Below, piece by piece: positions 51,632 to 61,555 of a stretch of 64,000 bases of DNA. Under the pieces are notes generated by a model. It had not been told where the DNA came from and did not search any database. It was given only the letters and a program-made list of their open reading frames with translations. A program made the translations under genes and the position numbers. Origin of the DNA: Sulfolobales archaeon (GTDB taxonomy: Archaea > Thermoproteota > Thermoprotei_A > Sulfolobales > NBVN01). Every line of letters starts with the position of its first letter. The first letter of the stretch is position 1. The DNA lies in the NCBI GenBank assembly GCA_038841535.1, contig JAWBTQ010000001.1:1-64000 (forward strand). The letters run 5' to 3'.

Positions 51632-52305
51632 CTAGCACCACCTATAGCTCCCTGCCTTAAAATACTCAGAGTTATAGCACCAGCAGCTACAACTGGGTCA
51701 ACCACCCTAACTCCAGAAACGGTCTCCGCAATTTTAGCGAAGCCTATAGTAGAGTACCCAGTACAGGCTAGTACGACAACGTCAACACCCTTCCCAGCAA
51801 GCCTCTTCAGAGCAATTAGAGCTGCCTCCCTACCCCTGTCAGTCAATAAGTCTAGAGTAGTTCTCACACCCTCAGGTTTCTCCTCAGCTACAAGGTGAAT
51901 CCCCAGGACCCTCCTCACTACCTCAGGTGTTTCTTCAGTAAGGTTCAGAACACCAACTCTCTCACCGCACGCTAATGCTACTGAAGCAGCCGCAGATCCC
52001 GCACCTACAACTGGGATCTTTAACTGCTTTCTAGCTTCACTAACTGCCGGGTCGGCTGCGCAGCTCACAACTACTGCCTCAGCTCCCTCCTTCTCTAGTT
52101 CTCTAGCTACCCTCAGTATCTTCGGCTTAGCCACCTCCTCGGACTCTCGGTCGTATATACCCATCGGCTGGTTCTCAATGCACTTACTGACTACTTTCAG
52201 CTCGGGGAATGCTGACTCTATGATCCTACCGTGCTGATTCAGTGCCTCGTCGTCTTTTAGCGTGATGACCCTAATTAGCCCGACGACATGTCTCATGGAT
52301 TCCAC
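51628..52305 (-). CDS. Hydantoin racemase / Asp-Glu racemase family
   Basis: Catalytic Cys pair in SCAADP and LACTG. Confidence 0.88.
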   Translation of the reverse strand: MESMRHVVGLIRVITLKDDEALNQHGRIIESAFPELKVVSKCIENQPMGIYDRESEEVAKPKILRVARELEKEGAEAVVVSCAADPAVSEARKQLKIPVVGAGSAAASVALACGERVGVLNLTEETPEVVRRVLGIHLVAEEKPEGVRTTLDLLTDRGREAALIALKRLAGKGVDVVVLACTGYSTIGFAKIAETVSGVRVVDPVVAAGAITLSILRQGAIGGAR

Positions 52306-53264
52306 TACTTGGGTATGCCTCTTCTGAGTAAGTCAGCTATAGGTCCGTGAATCCTCATTATAGTCTCCCACTCCTCAGGATCGTAGAATCTTGCTCTACC
52401 CATGGTGAAGTCCTTAGCTACCTCGACCACGAACCTAGTTGCCTGCTCTAGCGCCACGAAGTTCGTGGGTCCGGTCCCTGAACCAGGCAGAGCCATTCGC
52501 GCCGTTATGGCTACGCCTACCACTGGTGCCTTAGTGTATAGCCAGGGCTGCATCATGCTGTTTATGTGGTAAACGGGTGTCGAGTAGGGGAGTATGTCCT
52601 GCATAGTTATCGGGACCACCACCGGTGGCTCACCGGTGACTCTAACGTAGATGTCCGTTAGGTCCGGGCTCACTCTGAGTACCCAGCCTTCCTTGACTGT
52701 GGGAGTTATAGCGAAACCCGTGTGCTTGATTACCCAATTCGCCTTAGTGGCATCGACGGAGAGAACAGCGTCCATATCCTCTCTAACCTCCCTCTTGAGC
52801 AGTGTAAAGATGTCTACTGGAGAGTCCATCATCGGGACCGGCTTATGAGGTCTAGTCGGTGCGTTTGGGCATATATGAGTAGTTATTACTACATCCCCGG
52901 GAACTTCGTCACCGCGAGCCCTCATCTCGGCAAGCTTGTACGCAGTGGCGAGAGCGACTATGGCTCCATCGGCATCTGAGACCATACCTATGTAGGTCGG
53001 TCTAGCACCGATCCCCCCCAGCCTGCCGACAACACCTAAAGTAGGAGACGTACCCCCAGAGCTCTTACCCGCTCTGCCCGGGATAGTTATGGTTACGAAG
53101 TCCGTAGAACCTCTATCTCCGCGCACGGTCTCTACTTCGATCCCTATATCTGTAAAGCCTCTACCGACGAAGAACTTCTTAACTGACTCACCGCTAACCT
53201 TAGGATCGTCTAAAAGGTCTATTAATTCCAGTACGTGTTTTAATGTAGACATGTATATCCACAA
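52305..53264 (-). CDS. DUF1177 family protein
   Basis: GRLGGIGARP, VSDADGA, THICP, HINSMMQP. Confidence 0.88.
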   Translation of the reverse strand: MWIYMSTLKHVLELIDLLDDPKVSGESVKKFFVGRGFTDIGIEVETVRGDRGSTDFVTITIPGRAGKSSGGTSPTLGVVGRLGGIGARPTYIGMVSDADGAIVALATAYKLAEMRARGDEVPGDVVITTHICPNAPTRPHKPVPMMDSPVDIFTLLKREVREDMDAVLSVDATKANWVIKHTGFAITPTVKEGWVLRVSPDLTDIYVRVTGEPPVVVPITMQDILPYSTPVYHINSMMQPWLYTKAPVVGVAITARMALPGSGTGPTNFVALEQATRFVVEVAKDFTMGRARFYDPEEWETIMRIHGPIADLLRRGIPK

Positions 53265-53440
53265 CTAGAACTACACCACACTCTTTTTAAGTCTTACCTG
53301 TTAAACCTGTGTTTAATGGAGTAGCTTTAAAATTTGGTGGGAAAACTCTCGTAGAGTACATGCCTACACATTATTTAGAAATGTGAAGCATCCTGCGTGC
53401 TTATATATGTGATTAAACACCTTGGTATGGTGGTATAGTA

Positions 53441-55060
53441 TTGACAACATCATCTGAATACCACCCCAAGTTATATGAGCCCATAGTCTTGGTCATTGGG
53501 CTCATCTTGGCACTATTTGGTGCTATAATCGGTATGGAGCTAATCTGCAGGGTTGGGATCAATCCTAACACGTCCATAATTGGTGCCCTCATAGCTATAG
53601 CGTTTTCGGCCATTCCTGTCCAGATAGCTAGAACAATGCGCAATGTACACAGGGTTAACCTCATGCAGACGGTAATCTCTGGTGCTACCTTTCAAGCCGG
53701 GAACGTGTTCTTGCTGACGATAGCGGTACCGTACCTACTCGGGCTTACTGAAGGAACGTATTTCGCCGGTGTAGTTATAGGTGTCGTAATCGCTGGATTT
53801 ATAGATATACTGCTTTCCTACTGGATCTTCGACTCCCCATTTTATCCAGCAAGAAATCCATGGCCTCCTGGAATAGCAACAGCTGAAGCCATTAAAGCTG
53901 CTCTAGGTAGGGGTAAGAGAGCTCTAATTCTGCTGTACGGCATGATCTTCGGGGGTGCCCTCACTTACCTGGGCTACCCAGGCGATGTAGTAGGTATAAC
54001 GCTCATAACGCAGATAATAGCTATAACGTCCTTCGGTATAGGACTGATACTGAGAGCCTACGGTCCGACACTCGTTGGCATAGACTTCTATAAGATATAC
54101 GCGCCTCAAGGCATTATGGTCGGTGCTGGAATCGCGGCACTAATACAGTTCGTTCTACTCTACACCAGGGTTAGGAGAAAGCATAGTTCTCAGTCGGCTC
54201 AGAGCTCTGAGTCAAGTCTCCCACCGACAGTAGTCGGTGCTAGTGAGGCTCTGAGGAAGTTAGGTTTAGCACTAGGTCTCTTCATAGCCGGTGCTCTAGT
54301 TGCTGGTTTAATAACGGGAATAAACGGGATGATAAGTCCGGGAATGTTCCTCCTGTGGGTAGTCTACTTCGGCTTCCAGGCTTGGTTTACTACTCTAATC
54401 TGCGCGCTCTCAGGGATGTACGCTGGCTGGTTCCCTGCTTTCGCTACCGCACTAGCCGCACTAGTCATAAGCCTCGTCTTCGGATTTCCACCACTTGCCG
54501 CGGGTATAGGTGTAGCCTACGTCGCTGCTACAGGACCTGGAATGGCCGACCTATCCTATGACCTAAAGACCGGGTGGATCCTCAGAGGCGAGGGAAGAGA
54601 CCCTAACTTCGAGAGAATAGGGAGGAAGTGGCAGTTCTACGCCAAAGTGCTCTCTCTAGCAGTCTCCTTAATAATGATCGCAGTGTTCTATAGAGCCTAC
54701 TTCGCGGGTCTCAACCTTTTCCCACCGGCAGCTAAGACCCTAGCTGCTACAGCTAAGGCAGCAGCAGACCCTGAATTAGCGAGGTGGTTACTCATGTGGG
54801 CACCAGCAGGCTTCGTACTACAGATACTCGGAGGGCCAGAGAGGCAGATAGGGATACTGCTGGCTACGGGACTCATGATATCTAACCCGCCCGCAGGCAT
54901 AGCAGTATTAGTTACGGTAGCGGCTAGGCTCGCACTACTGAAGGCCCTAGGAGCAGAGAGGCTTAGAGACATATTCTATGTAGGCGGAGCTGGGGCGGTC
55001 GGAGGCTCCGCAATAGTGTCTTTCATAGTATACACACTAAGGGCCTACTTGAAGATTTAG
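53441..55060 (+). CDS. OPT/YSL family transporter
   Basis: NTSIIGAL, QTVISGATF, WPPGIA, DLKTG; many TM segments. Confidence 0.88.
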   Translation: MTTSSEYHPKLYEPIVLVIGLILALFGAIIGMELICRVGINPNTSIIGALIAIAFSAIPVQIARTMRNVHRVNLMQTVISGATFQAGNVFLLTIAVPYLLGLTEGTYFAGVVIGVVIAGFIDILLSYWIFDSPFYPARNPWPPGIATAEAIKAALGRGKRALILLYGMIFGGALTYLGYPGDVVGITLITQIIAITSFGIGLILRAYGPTLVGIDFYKIYAPQGIMVGAGIAALIQFVLLYTRVRRKHSSQSAQSSESSLPPTVVGASEALRKLGLALGLFIAGALVAGLITGINGMISPGMFLLWVVYFGFQAWFTTLICALSGMYAGWFPAFATALAALVISLVFGFPPLAAGIGVAYVAATGPGMADLSYDLKTGWILRGEGRDPNFERIGRKWQFYAKVLSLAVSLIMIAVFYRAYFAGLNLFPPAAKTLAATAKAAADPELARWLLMWAPAGFVLQILGGPERQIGILLATGLMISNPPAGIAVLVTVAARLALLKALGAERLRDIFYVGGAGAVGGSAIVSFIVYTLRAYLKI

Positions 55061-55470
55061 ATATAGCATTAGCCGTATCTCAACCTAAGCTCATTAAAGC
55101 TAAAATGTTTTTCAGTACTCTATTGTTTAGCTAAGTGTTAGTGAGTCGTCTTTCATTATGCTTGGCCCTGGTATTGCCCCACTCTATATAGGGAGTTGAT
55201 GGAGTATCGATGCTTATCCCTCGAGATTCTAGACTCTAATACGTAGACATCGTGAGATTGCCTCAACTCCTAGGGGTGTACTATGGTTGGTACTAACACT
55301 ATGGAAGACGATCTCCGCGAGTATTGAGAGAGAATAAGTTGGAGATTGAAGAAACACTCAATGATTATCGATAAACTCACTGCTGCTGATTCTGCTATTA
55401 GAGTATGCTACAGTGTATCTGCTGGGAGGGGGTGAGTGCACACGACTTTTGATGTTGAGAAGTGCGTAGC

Positions 55471-57054
55471 TTAGTGAAGTGTTTTCCTGAGTACCACTCC
55501 CACTCTTTGCTTGCAGTCGATCGCGCCGTCTTCAACAACTACTCTTCCGTTGATAATTACGTGTTTTATGCCTTTCGGGTACCTATGGGGGTCTACGTAT
55601 GTAGCAGTATCTTCAATAGCGTAGTAGTCAAATATTACTATGTCCGCCTTCAGTCCCGGCCTGATGAGGCCTCTATCCCAAACGCCTAGCTTCCTAGCGG
55701 GTAGTGATGTCATCTTTCTAACAGCTTCGGGGAGTGAAAGCGATCTCCTTTCTCTCACATACCTAGCGATGATCCTAGGGAAGGTCCCGTAGCTTCTCGG
55801 GTGCGGCTTACCGACACCTAACCTCGTTACACTGCCGTCGCTACCTATAGCCACTAGGGGGTGGGATATTACCTCATCTACTTCCTCGGGATTCATAGTG
55901 AACCCGACGATCCTAGTTGCTAGGTTGTCATTGATCAGTAGCCTAACTACGGCCTCTACAGGGTCTATCCCAAGTTCCTGAGCCACTCTCGATACTCGCA
56001 TTCCCTCAAGCTTCTCGTTGCTGGGTGAGCGAGCTATCTGCACGTCTTCCCAGTTTATTTCAGTAGTGAATTCTTTTCTAAGCTTCTCGACTACGTCTGA
56101 GTTCCTAAGCTTCTTCAGAATCTCTTCCCTGCTTCCTGACCTGTACTCGGGTGGGAGCAGAGCGAGAAGCCCCATGGAGTATGCCTCGTAGGGATAGGCA
56201 TCCGCGCTTACATCATACCCTCTACTAGCGTAGTCTGAGATAAGTGATAGAGCTCTGCTGGTTTTACCCCAGCTTGCTCTCCCACTCGCCTTCAAGTGGG
56301 ATATCTGAACTCCGGCCCCGGACTCAAGCCCCACTTCGATGGACTCCAGTACTGAGTCAACAAGTCCTAAACCCTGGTTCCTCATATGCGTTGCGTAAAA
56401 CCCACCGTACCTAGCTACGACTTTAGCAAGCTCCACTACCTCCTTATTATCGGCAAACATGCTTGGCACATACCTGAGACCACTGCTCATACCGAAAGCC
56501 CCAGCCTCCATAGCCTCCCTAACTAAGTCTTTCATAACCACGAGATCCCTATCCGACGGTCTAATGTCTTCGTAGCCTAACACGGCCGCTCTAACAGTTC
56601 CGTTTCCGACTAGAGTAGCTATGTTTATAGATGGCCTAAGATTTTCAAGAGAGCTTAGGTATTCACCGAAGCTGGACCACGTAACAGCTACATCAGGCCG
56701 AACGGACTTCATCATGCTTTCATACTCACGCCTGTTGATATCTGTCAGTGGTGCTGGTGAGCTACCACAGTTACCGACAACTACTGTGGTAACACCCTGG
56801 AGCACGTAGTTATCAGCTGTCGGCAACTCAAAGATCGATATGTCGCTGTGATTATGTATATCTATAAACCCAGGAGCCACAAACAAGCCACTAGCATCAA
56901 TAACCTTCTCAGCACTCAAACCCGAAAGGTCTCCTATAGACCTAATCGAGTCTCCCACTACACCCACATCGGCCTTAAACAGAGGAGAGCCTGAACCATC
57001 GATAACGATCCCGTTCTTTATAATGAGGTCGAACCCTGACACGCTAAGCACCAC
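55471..57054 (-). CDS. N-acyl-D-amino-acid deacylase (D-aminoacylase)
   Basis: PGFIDIHNHSD, GNCG, THMR, SHLK, IGSD, HPRSYGTFPR. Confidence 0.93.
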   Translation of the reverse strand: MVLSVSGFDLIIKNGIVIDGSGSPLFKADVGVVGDSIRSIGDLSGLSAEKVIDASGLFVAPGFIDIHNHSDISIFELPTADNYVLQGVTTVVVGNCGSSPAPLTDINRREYESMMKSVRPDVAVTWSSFGEYLSSLENLRPSINIATLVGNGTVRAAVLGYEDIRPSDRDLVVMKDLVREAMEAGAFGMSSGLRYVPSMFADNKEVVELAKVVARYGGFYATHMRNQGLGLVDSVLESIEVGLESGAGVQISHLKASGRASWGKTSRALSLISDYASRGYDVSADAYPYEAYSMGLLALLPPEYRSGSREEILKKLRNSDVVEKLRKEFTTEINWEDVQIARSPSNEKLEGMRVSRVAQELGIDPVEAVVRLLINDNLATRIVGFTMNPEEVDEVISHPLVAIGSDGSVTRLGVGKPHPRSYGTFPRIIARYVRERRSLSLPEAVRKMTSLPARKLGVWDRGLIRPGLKADIVIFDYYAIEDTATYVDPHRYPKGIKHVIINGRVVVEDGAIDCKQRVGVVLRKTLH

Positions 57055-57237
57055 TACGACAATGCGGGTCTGCTAAAAAGCCCAATGCATAAAGTAAGTC
57101 CTGGTTACTGAGGGGTTTAGTTCTTATATCAGTTCGTATGAGTCGGCACATCGCCTCACCCGTTTACCGCCTTTACGAAGATTTCTCACTCCACTAGCCA
57201 CAGGGTTCGGAAAGAGGCTTGTTATATATGTTGTCTA

Positions 57238-58242
57238 GTGGGGATTGCTTGGGTTTGTGTGTTGTTGGAGGACTTAGCTGAGAGCGTCGCATACTACTCT
57301 ATTGTAGTAGTAATTTCCTCTGCTCTTTACTCGTACTTCCTGGCTCGAGCGCGCAGAGTTCTGGAAGAAGATTTTCCCTCAGTTTTCCTCAGGTTTACTC
57401 TCGCGCTAGCCGTGTACATCACTATTCATTCTTCTCTCAGCCTGCTATTGATGTATAGTAACTTCCTCTATGGATGTATGCCCGACGTAGTGCTGTACAC
57501 TGTAGCTATTCTAGCTCTAGCTCTAGTCGCTGGTGTGCTATTGGGGTCTAGAGCTGTATGTAGTGCGCTAAGCGTACTCGGTTCCGGCGTTATGAGGAAG
57601 GTACTTAGAGTCCTTAGTGAAGGTGAGGTAGAGGGCTACAAGTTCTGGCTATGCTCTCGATGCCCTATTGGTGTCTTCACATCCTTCACGGATAACAGGT
57701 TCTACGTACACACTAAACTAGTAGAGGTTCTTAATAGAGAAGAGCTAAAGAGCGCTTTGCTCCGTGAGACTTTTCACAGTGAAGATAGGTTTCTCAGCGT
57801 AATGGACGCTGTGAGTACTCTATCATGGTGCTTAGCAGTACTCCTGTTCGCCCTGCTATCTGCCTGCATTCCAGGACTCCACGCTAGTGCTTACTTAAAT
57901 GCAGCCGCAACAACAATTATAGCCAGTACGGTTGGATGGATACGGGAGCACGCAGCAGACCTCCGATACGCCGAGTCGTCGAGTCCGGAGCACCTGCTCA
58001 GCGCTGCAGCAAAAGTATATAGAGTAACACTAGAAGAAGCTCGAAGAGTGGTGGAGAAAGGTATCGAGAGGGCCGAGGTGATTTACACCATTAACACGCT
58101 CTGCCTCAAAGTATCTATTCGCAGAACTCTTGGAGAGTACTTTGCGAACCTCGTAATACCCAGCCTAGTACTTCACATACGCAGAGACCCACCACCGACG
58201 ATGAGGGCGGTAGCTATATGCGGAGTACGTAAATACCTATAA
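57238..58242 (+). CDS. M48/HtpX-like membrane protein with degenerate zinc motif
   Basis: LNREELKSALLRETFH aligns to L..EEL.A.L.HExxH; REHAAD downstream; HPP-like DPP near the C-terminus. Confidence 0.65.
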   Translation: MGIAWVCVLLEDLAESVAYYSIVVVISSALYSYFLARARRVLEEDFPSVFLRFTLALAVYITIHSSLSLLLMYSNFLYGCMPDVVLYTVAILALALVAGVLLGSRAVCSALSVLGSGVMRKVLRVLSEGEVEGYKFWLCSRCPIGVFTSFTDNRFYVHTKLVEVLNREELKSALLRETFHSEDRFLSVMDAVSTLSWCLAVLLFALLSACIPGLHASAYLNAAATTIIASTVGWIREHAADLRYAESSSPEHLLSAAAKVYRVTLEEARRVVEKGIERAEVIYTINTLCLKVSIRRTLGEYFANLVIPSLVLHIRRDPPPTMRAVAICGVRKYL

Positions 58243-58410
58243 GATGAAACGAGTATTAGAAATAGCTGCTAATTAGGGGCTCGCGCTTGAGAAAATTGAA
58301 AGGCTGTGACGCCAGCTGGTACTTACCTCTGTACTTAAGCTCTCAGCTAATTCCAGAGCACTTACCTGCCGCAGACACTACTAGAGGTTTAGGTCTAGAC
58401 TTCGGTGCCG

Positions 58411-59004
58411 TCATGTCGATATTTCTAGCTTCTTCATTATGTACCTAGATCTAGCTCTAGCAAAACTCTTTACTGACTCGGTGAGGTTATTCCCCAAAGT
58501 ATCTATCGTTACTATTAACGGTCCCAGCTCCTTGACTCTGAGAACCCAGAGCGCTTCAGGTATGCCCAGGTCTAGCCACCCGACACCTACGACTTCCTCA
58601 ACTGCCTCTGCTCCCAGAGCCCCGCAGCCCCCCGGAAAAATAGCGTAGACTGCTTTAAACTTCCTGCACGCCTCAGTTGTTCGGTTTCCCATGCCTCCCT
58701 TACCTATTACCAATCTAACACCCGTTCTCTCTATGAACTCGTACTCGTAGTACTCCATCCTCATGCTCGTAGTAGGCCCTATAGACCTGCAGATCCACTT
58801 ACTCCCCGACTTCACCATGACCGGGCCTGCGTGGAATATAGCTAGACCCCTGAGGTCGAATGGTAGAGGTACTCCATCGACTAAGAACCTAGCGTGAACA
58901 GCGTCTCTAGCTGTCACTAATGTGCCAGTTACGTAGACTACCTCCCCTGCCTTAAGTGATGCAACTTCCTCTTCCGAGATAGGTAAGTAGATTACCCTAC
59001 CCAA
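58411..59004 (-). CDS. Fumarate hydratase class I / L-tartrate dehydratase beta subunit
   Basis: TARD, HAGP, GPTTSMRM, IGKGGM. Confidence 0.93.
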   Translation of the reverse strand: MGRVIYLPISEEEVASLKAGEVVYVTGTLVTARDAVHARFLVDGVPLPFDLRGLAIFHAGPVMVKSGSKWICRSIGPTTSMRMEYYEYEFIERTGVRLVIGKGGMGNRTTEACRKFKAVYAIFPGGCGALGAEAVEEVVGVGWLDLGIPEALWVLRVKELGPLIVTIDTLGNNLTESVKSFARARSRYIMKKLEIST

Positions 59005-59911
59005 GAGTCACACCTCCGTGGCTCAGTACCCTATGGGTAAGGTCAGAAAATATCCTTAGATGTCCGCGCCTAAGGGCCCAGCACGAAGTGCTTACTCCAA
59101 CAGCAAGTGTTGCTGGATGCCTGCCAGCGTACTCTACGTGAACTGCTAGCACGGTCTTCCTACCACCCAGTCCTTGGGGGCCTATGCCGAGCTCGTTGAG
59201 CAACCTTTCGAGTTCTTCCTCTAGCTCAGCCATTCTGGGGCTAGAGCTTCTAAAACCCACAGGCCTCAGTAGAGCTCTCTTAGATAGTGAGGCAGCCACT
59301 TCAGCTGTAGGGCCTATGCCTACACCAATTACTAGCGGAGGGCATGCGTGAATGCCGTACTCTACAACGGTATCTACTACGTACTCTATTAAGCCCTCAA
59401 GACCTTGCGCTGGGTCGAGTACCCTAGCAGAGCCTGGCCTACTCGAACCACCACCCGCCATATACAGGTACACGTCAGCATAATCTCCGGGAACTAGAGT
59501 AGTCTCAACCCAAGGAATTCTAGGCCCTAGATTGTTGCCAGTATTTCTCCCAGTAGCTGGATCCACCACGTTAGGTCTTAAGAACCCCTCTACAGTAGTT
59601 TCAGTAACAGCCTCCTCGATTACCTTAAGTAGCTCTAGAGGGAAGGGAAACGAATTACCAAGCTCGACAAAGAACTCTAGCACACCAGTATCTTGGCATA
59701 GAGGTATAGACCTAGATATAGCTAGCTCAAGGTTCCTGAAGACTGCTTGGTAGACGAGCTTCGCGTGTTCCCCGACCTCGACATCGGAAGCCCTCCTCAA
59801 GGCCTCTATGACGTCATCCGGGAGCCTCGTAGAGACGGTGAATATGAATTTTTTGAGCGCTTCTTTAAGCCTGCCTTGGACCTCTATACTGGCAGTAGCC
59901 AGCAAGACCAC
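58997..59911 (-). CDS. Fumarate hydratase class I / L-tartrate dehydratase alpha subunit
   Basis: PLCQDTG, GGGS, ACPP, GIGPQGLGG, HPA, SCWA. Confidence 0.93.
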   Translation of the reverse strand: MVLLATASIEVQGRLKEALKKFIFTVSTRLPDDVIEALRRASDVEVGEHAKLVYQAVFRNLELAISRSIPLCQDTGVLEFFVELGNSFPFPLELLKVIEEAVTETTVEGFLRPNVVDPATGRNTGNNLGPRIPWVETTLVPGDYADVYLYMAGGGSSRPGSARVLDPAQGLEGLIEYVVDTVVEYGIHACPPLVIGVGIGPTAEVAASLSKRALLRPVGFRSSSPRMAELEEELERLLNELGIGPQGLGGRKTVLAVHVEYAGRHPATLAVGVSTSCWALRRGHLRIFSDLTHRVLSHGGVTLG

Positions 59912-60240
59912 CTAGCATAGCCTTATACTTGAAGAAAAATGCGTTAATCTCTTAAGAAATGGATAGACAAGTTTTAGCGCAAGCTTCTTCAATAAACACT
60001 GAGCTTTGTTGGCGATCAAACAGACTAAGGCATTCACTATGAACTACTCACGCTGTCTTGCGAGCTCTTTGAACCTATCTACGGAATGCGTGGAGAGTGA
60101 TATAGCTGGAAACAATTGGACTAGTCTCTCGAAATTATCGCAGCCTACCTCCATATCGTAGCCCTAGTGAATACAGATATGCCCGTAAAGCCACGAGAGT
60201 GGCAATAACCATACTCGCTAAAAAGGGTTCCCTTCCGCAG

Positions 60241-60529
60241 CCTTGTTTAACTGTTTCGGTTTTCATATCTGCTCATGTCTGTCGATATTGATCGAAACGT
60301 TTATAAGCACCTCATGGTGATATGCGTGGATGTACATAGATGAGGGGTCGAGAGCCACTCGATGATCTAGATGATGGCTCTCCCCGAGATACTCAAGATG
60401 TGGGGTGCTAGGGGTCACCCCGAACGCCCCCGAGCCCGATGAGAACCCGAGCGGAATGCGGGGGAAAGAGGACAAGGCAACGAAGTCAACCGATATAAAC
60501 CAAAATAAACCAAAACGAGAGCTGAACCC
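60241..60529 (+). mobile_element. Miniature IS607/tnpB-derived element, copy 4, family A (divergent)
   Basis: GCCTTGTTTAACTGTTTCGGTTTTC left end, GAAACGTTTATAAG promoter, GAGAGCCA/TGGCTCTC hairpin, GAGCTGAACCC right end. Confidence 0.78.
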
Positions 60530-60885
60530 AGTCGGTTCGGTTACCTAGAGGGTCTCCTGTTTACGTTCATGCTTACAGCCATTGCTGTAATGATCGCCGC
60601 CGCAATTGAATTGATGCTTGAGAATAGTAAAGATATAGTTGTTCAGGTAGAAAGAGGAAGCGGAGAGGAACGTTACCGCGATCGTTAATGGTTCTCCGGA
60701 TGCTCCAAATAAATTGCTCGAGACTTTAGATAAAGAGAACCTACTTGACTTAGTAGTGTAACTAGTGGGTTAGACTCCACTAGGAAATAGAGCTATCAGA
60801 ACGACTCTAAAAAGTGTGATTAGGTACTACACCACCCCCTACTCTCCACCGCTATGGTAACCGCCCGATGTTTCTACATATATAG

Positions 60886-61053
60886 TTACAGATTTGGGTA
60901 CTCGTACCTAGAGTCGAACTCCTGTAATAACCTCTCTAGAGCGAGTTCGACTACCTCCTCAGAACTAGGTCTTCTGCCCAGCATGCTCTCTAGTATGGCG
61001 GAAGCTCTCTCAAGCATGAACTCTATCCTATTCGTAAACCTCACTTCGACCAC
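60886..61053 (-). CDS. 55-aa RHH/antitoxin-like protein
   Basis: TTATATAA promoter, GAGGTG SD, GTG start; MVEVRFTNRIEFMLERASAILESMLGRRPSSEEVVELALERLL...; not in the ORF track. Confidence 0.7.
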   Translation of the reverse strand: MVEVRFTNRIEFMLERASAILESMLGRRPSSEEVVELALERLLQEFDSRYEYPNL

Positions 61054-61555
61054 TTTATACACCTCAATATAAATACTTTATAGACTGTTTATATAAGTTA
61101 ATTCTCGAGGCTCTACTATGAGTTTCGTCACTAAACTACTAAGTGCTTCACTAATAGCTTAGTAGAATCTTAATGCTAGCTGCCGAGATAGTTACCGTGC
61201 CATGCTAAGTATGCAGTGAGTTTTATGATAGCTTTATACGAAGATGTGTTTACGTACATGAACGAACTCCAGTTTCCTAGCCCACGATTTGCTCTATCAA
61301 GCCAAATAGTTTCAGTTCAATGTGGCCAGCTGCCCGCAGAGACATGGAGCCATTTGCACTCAACCCGTCGATGCCGGGTATAAACACTACTATCTTGAAA
61401 TCTAGGTGCAGAAAGGTATGCTCAGCAGAAATTCTCTCCCTTTACTTCAAGATTCCTGCTGGCGTTAGTAATACACCCCAGTAAGTTAGGTTGGTTCCTT
61501 CAAGTCTTGGTCTAAGCTTATTTTGGCGCGACCATTTGTTTTAAGGCTGTAGCTG

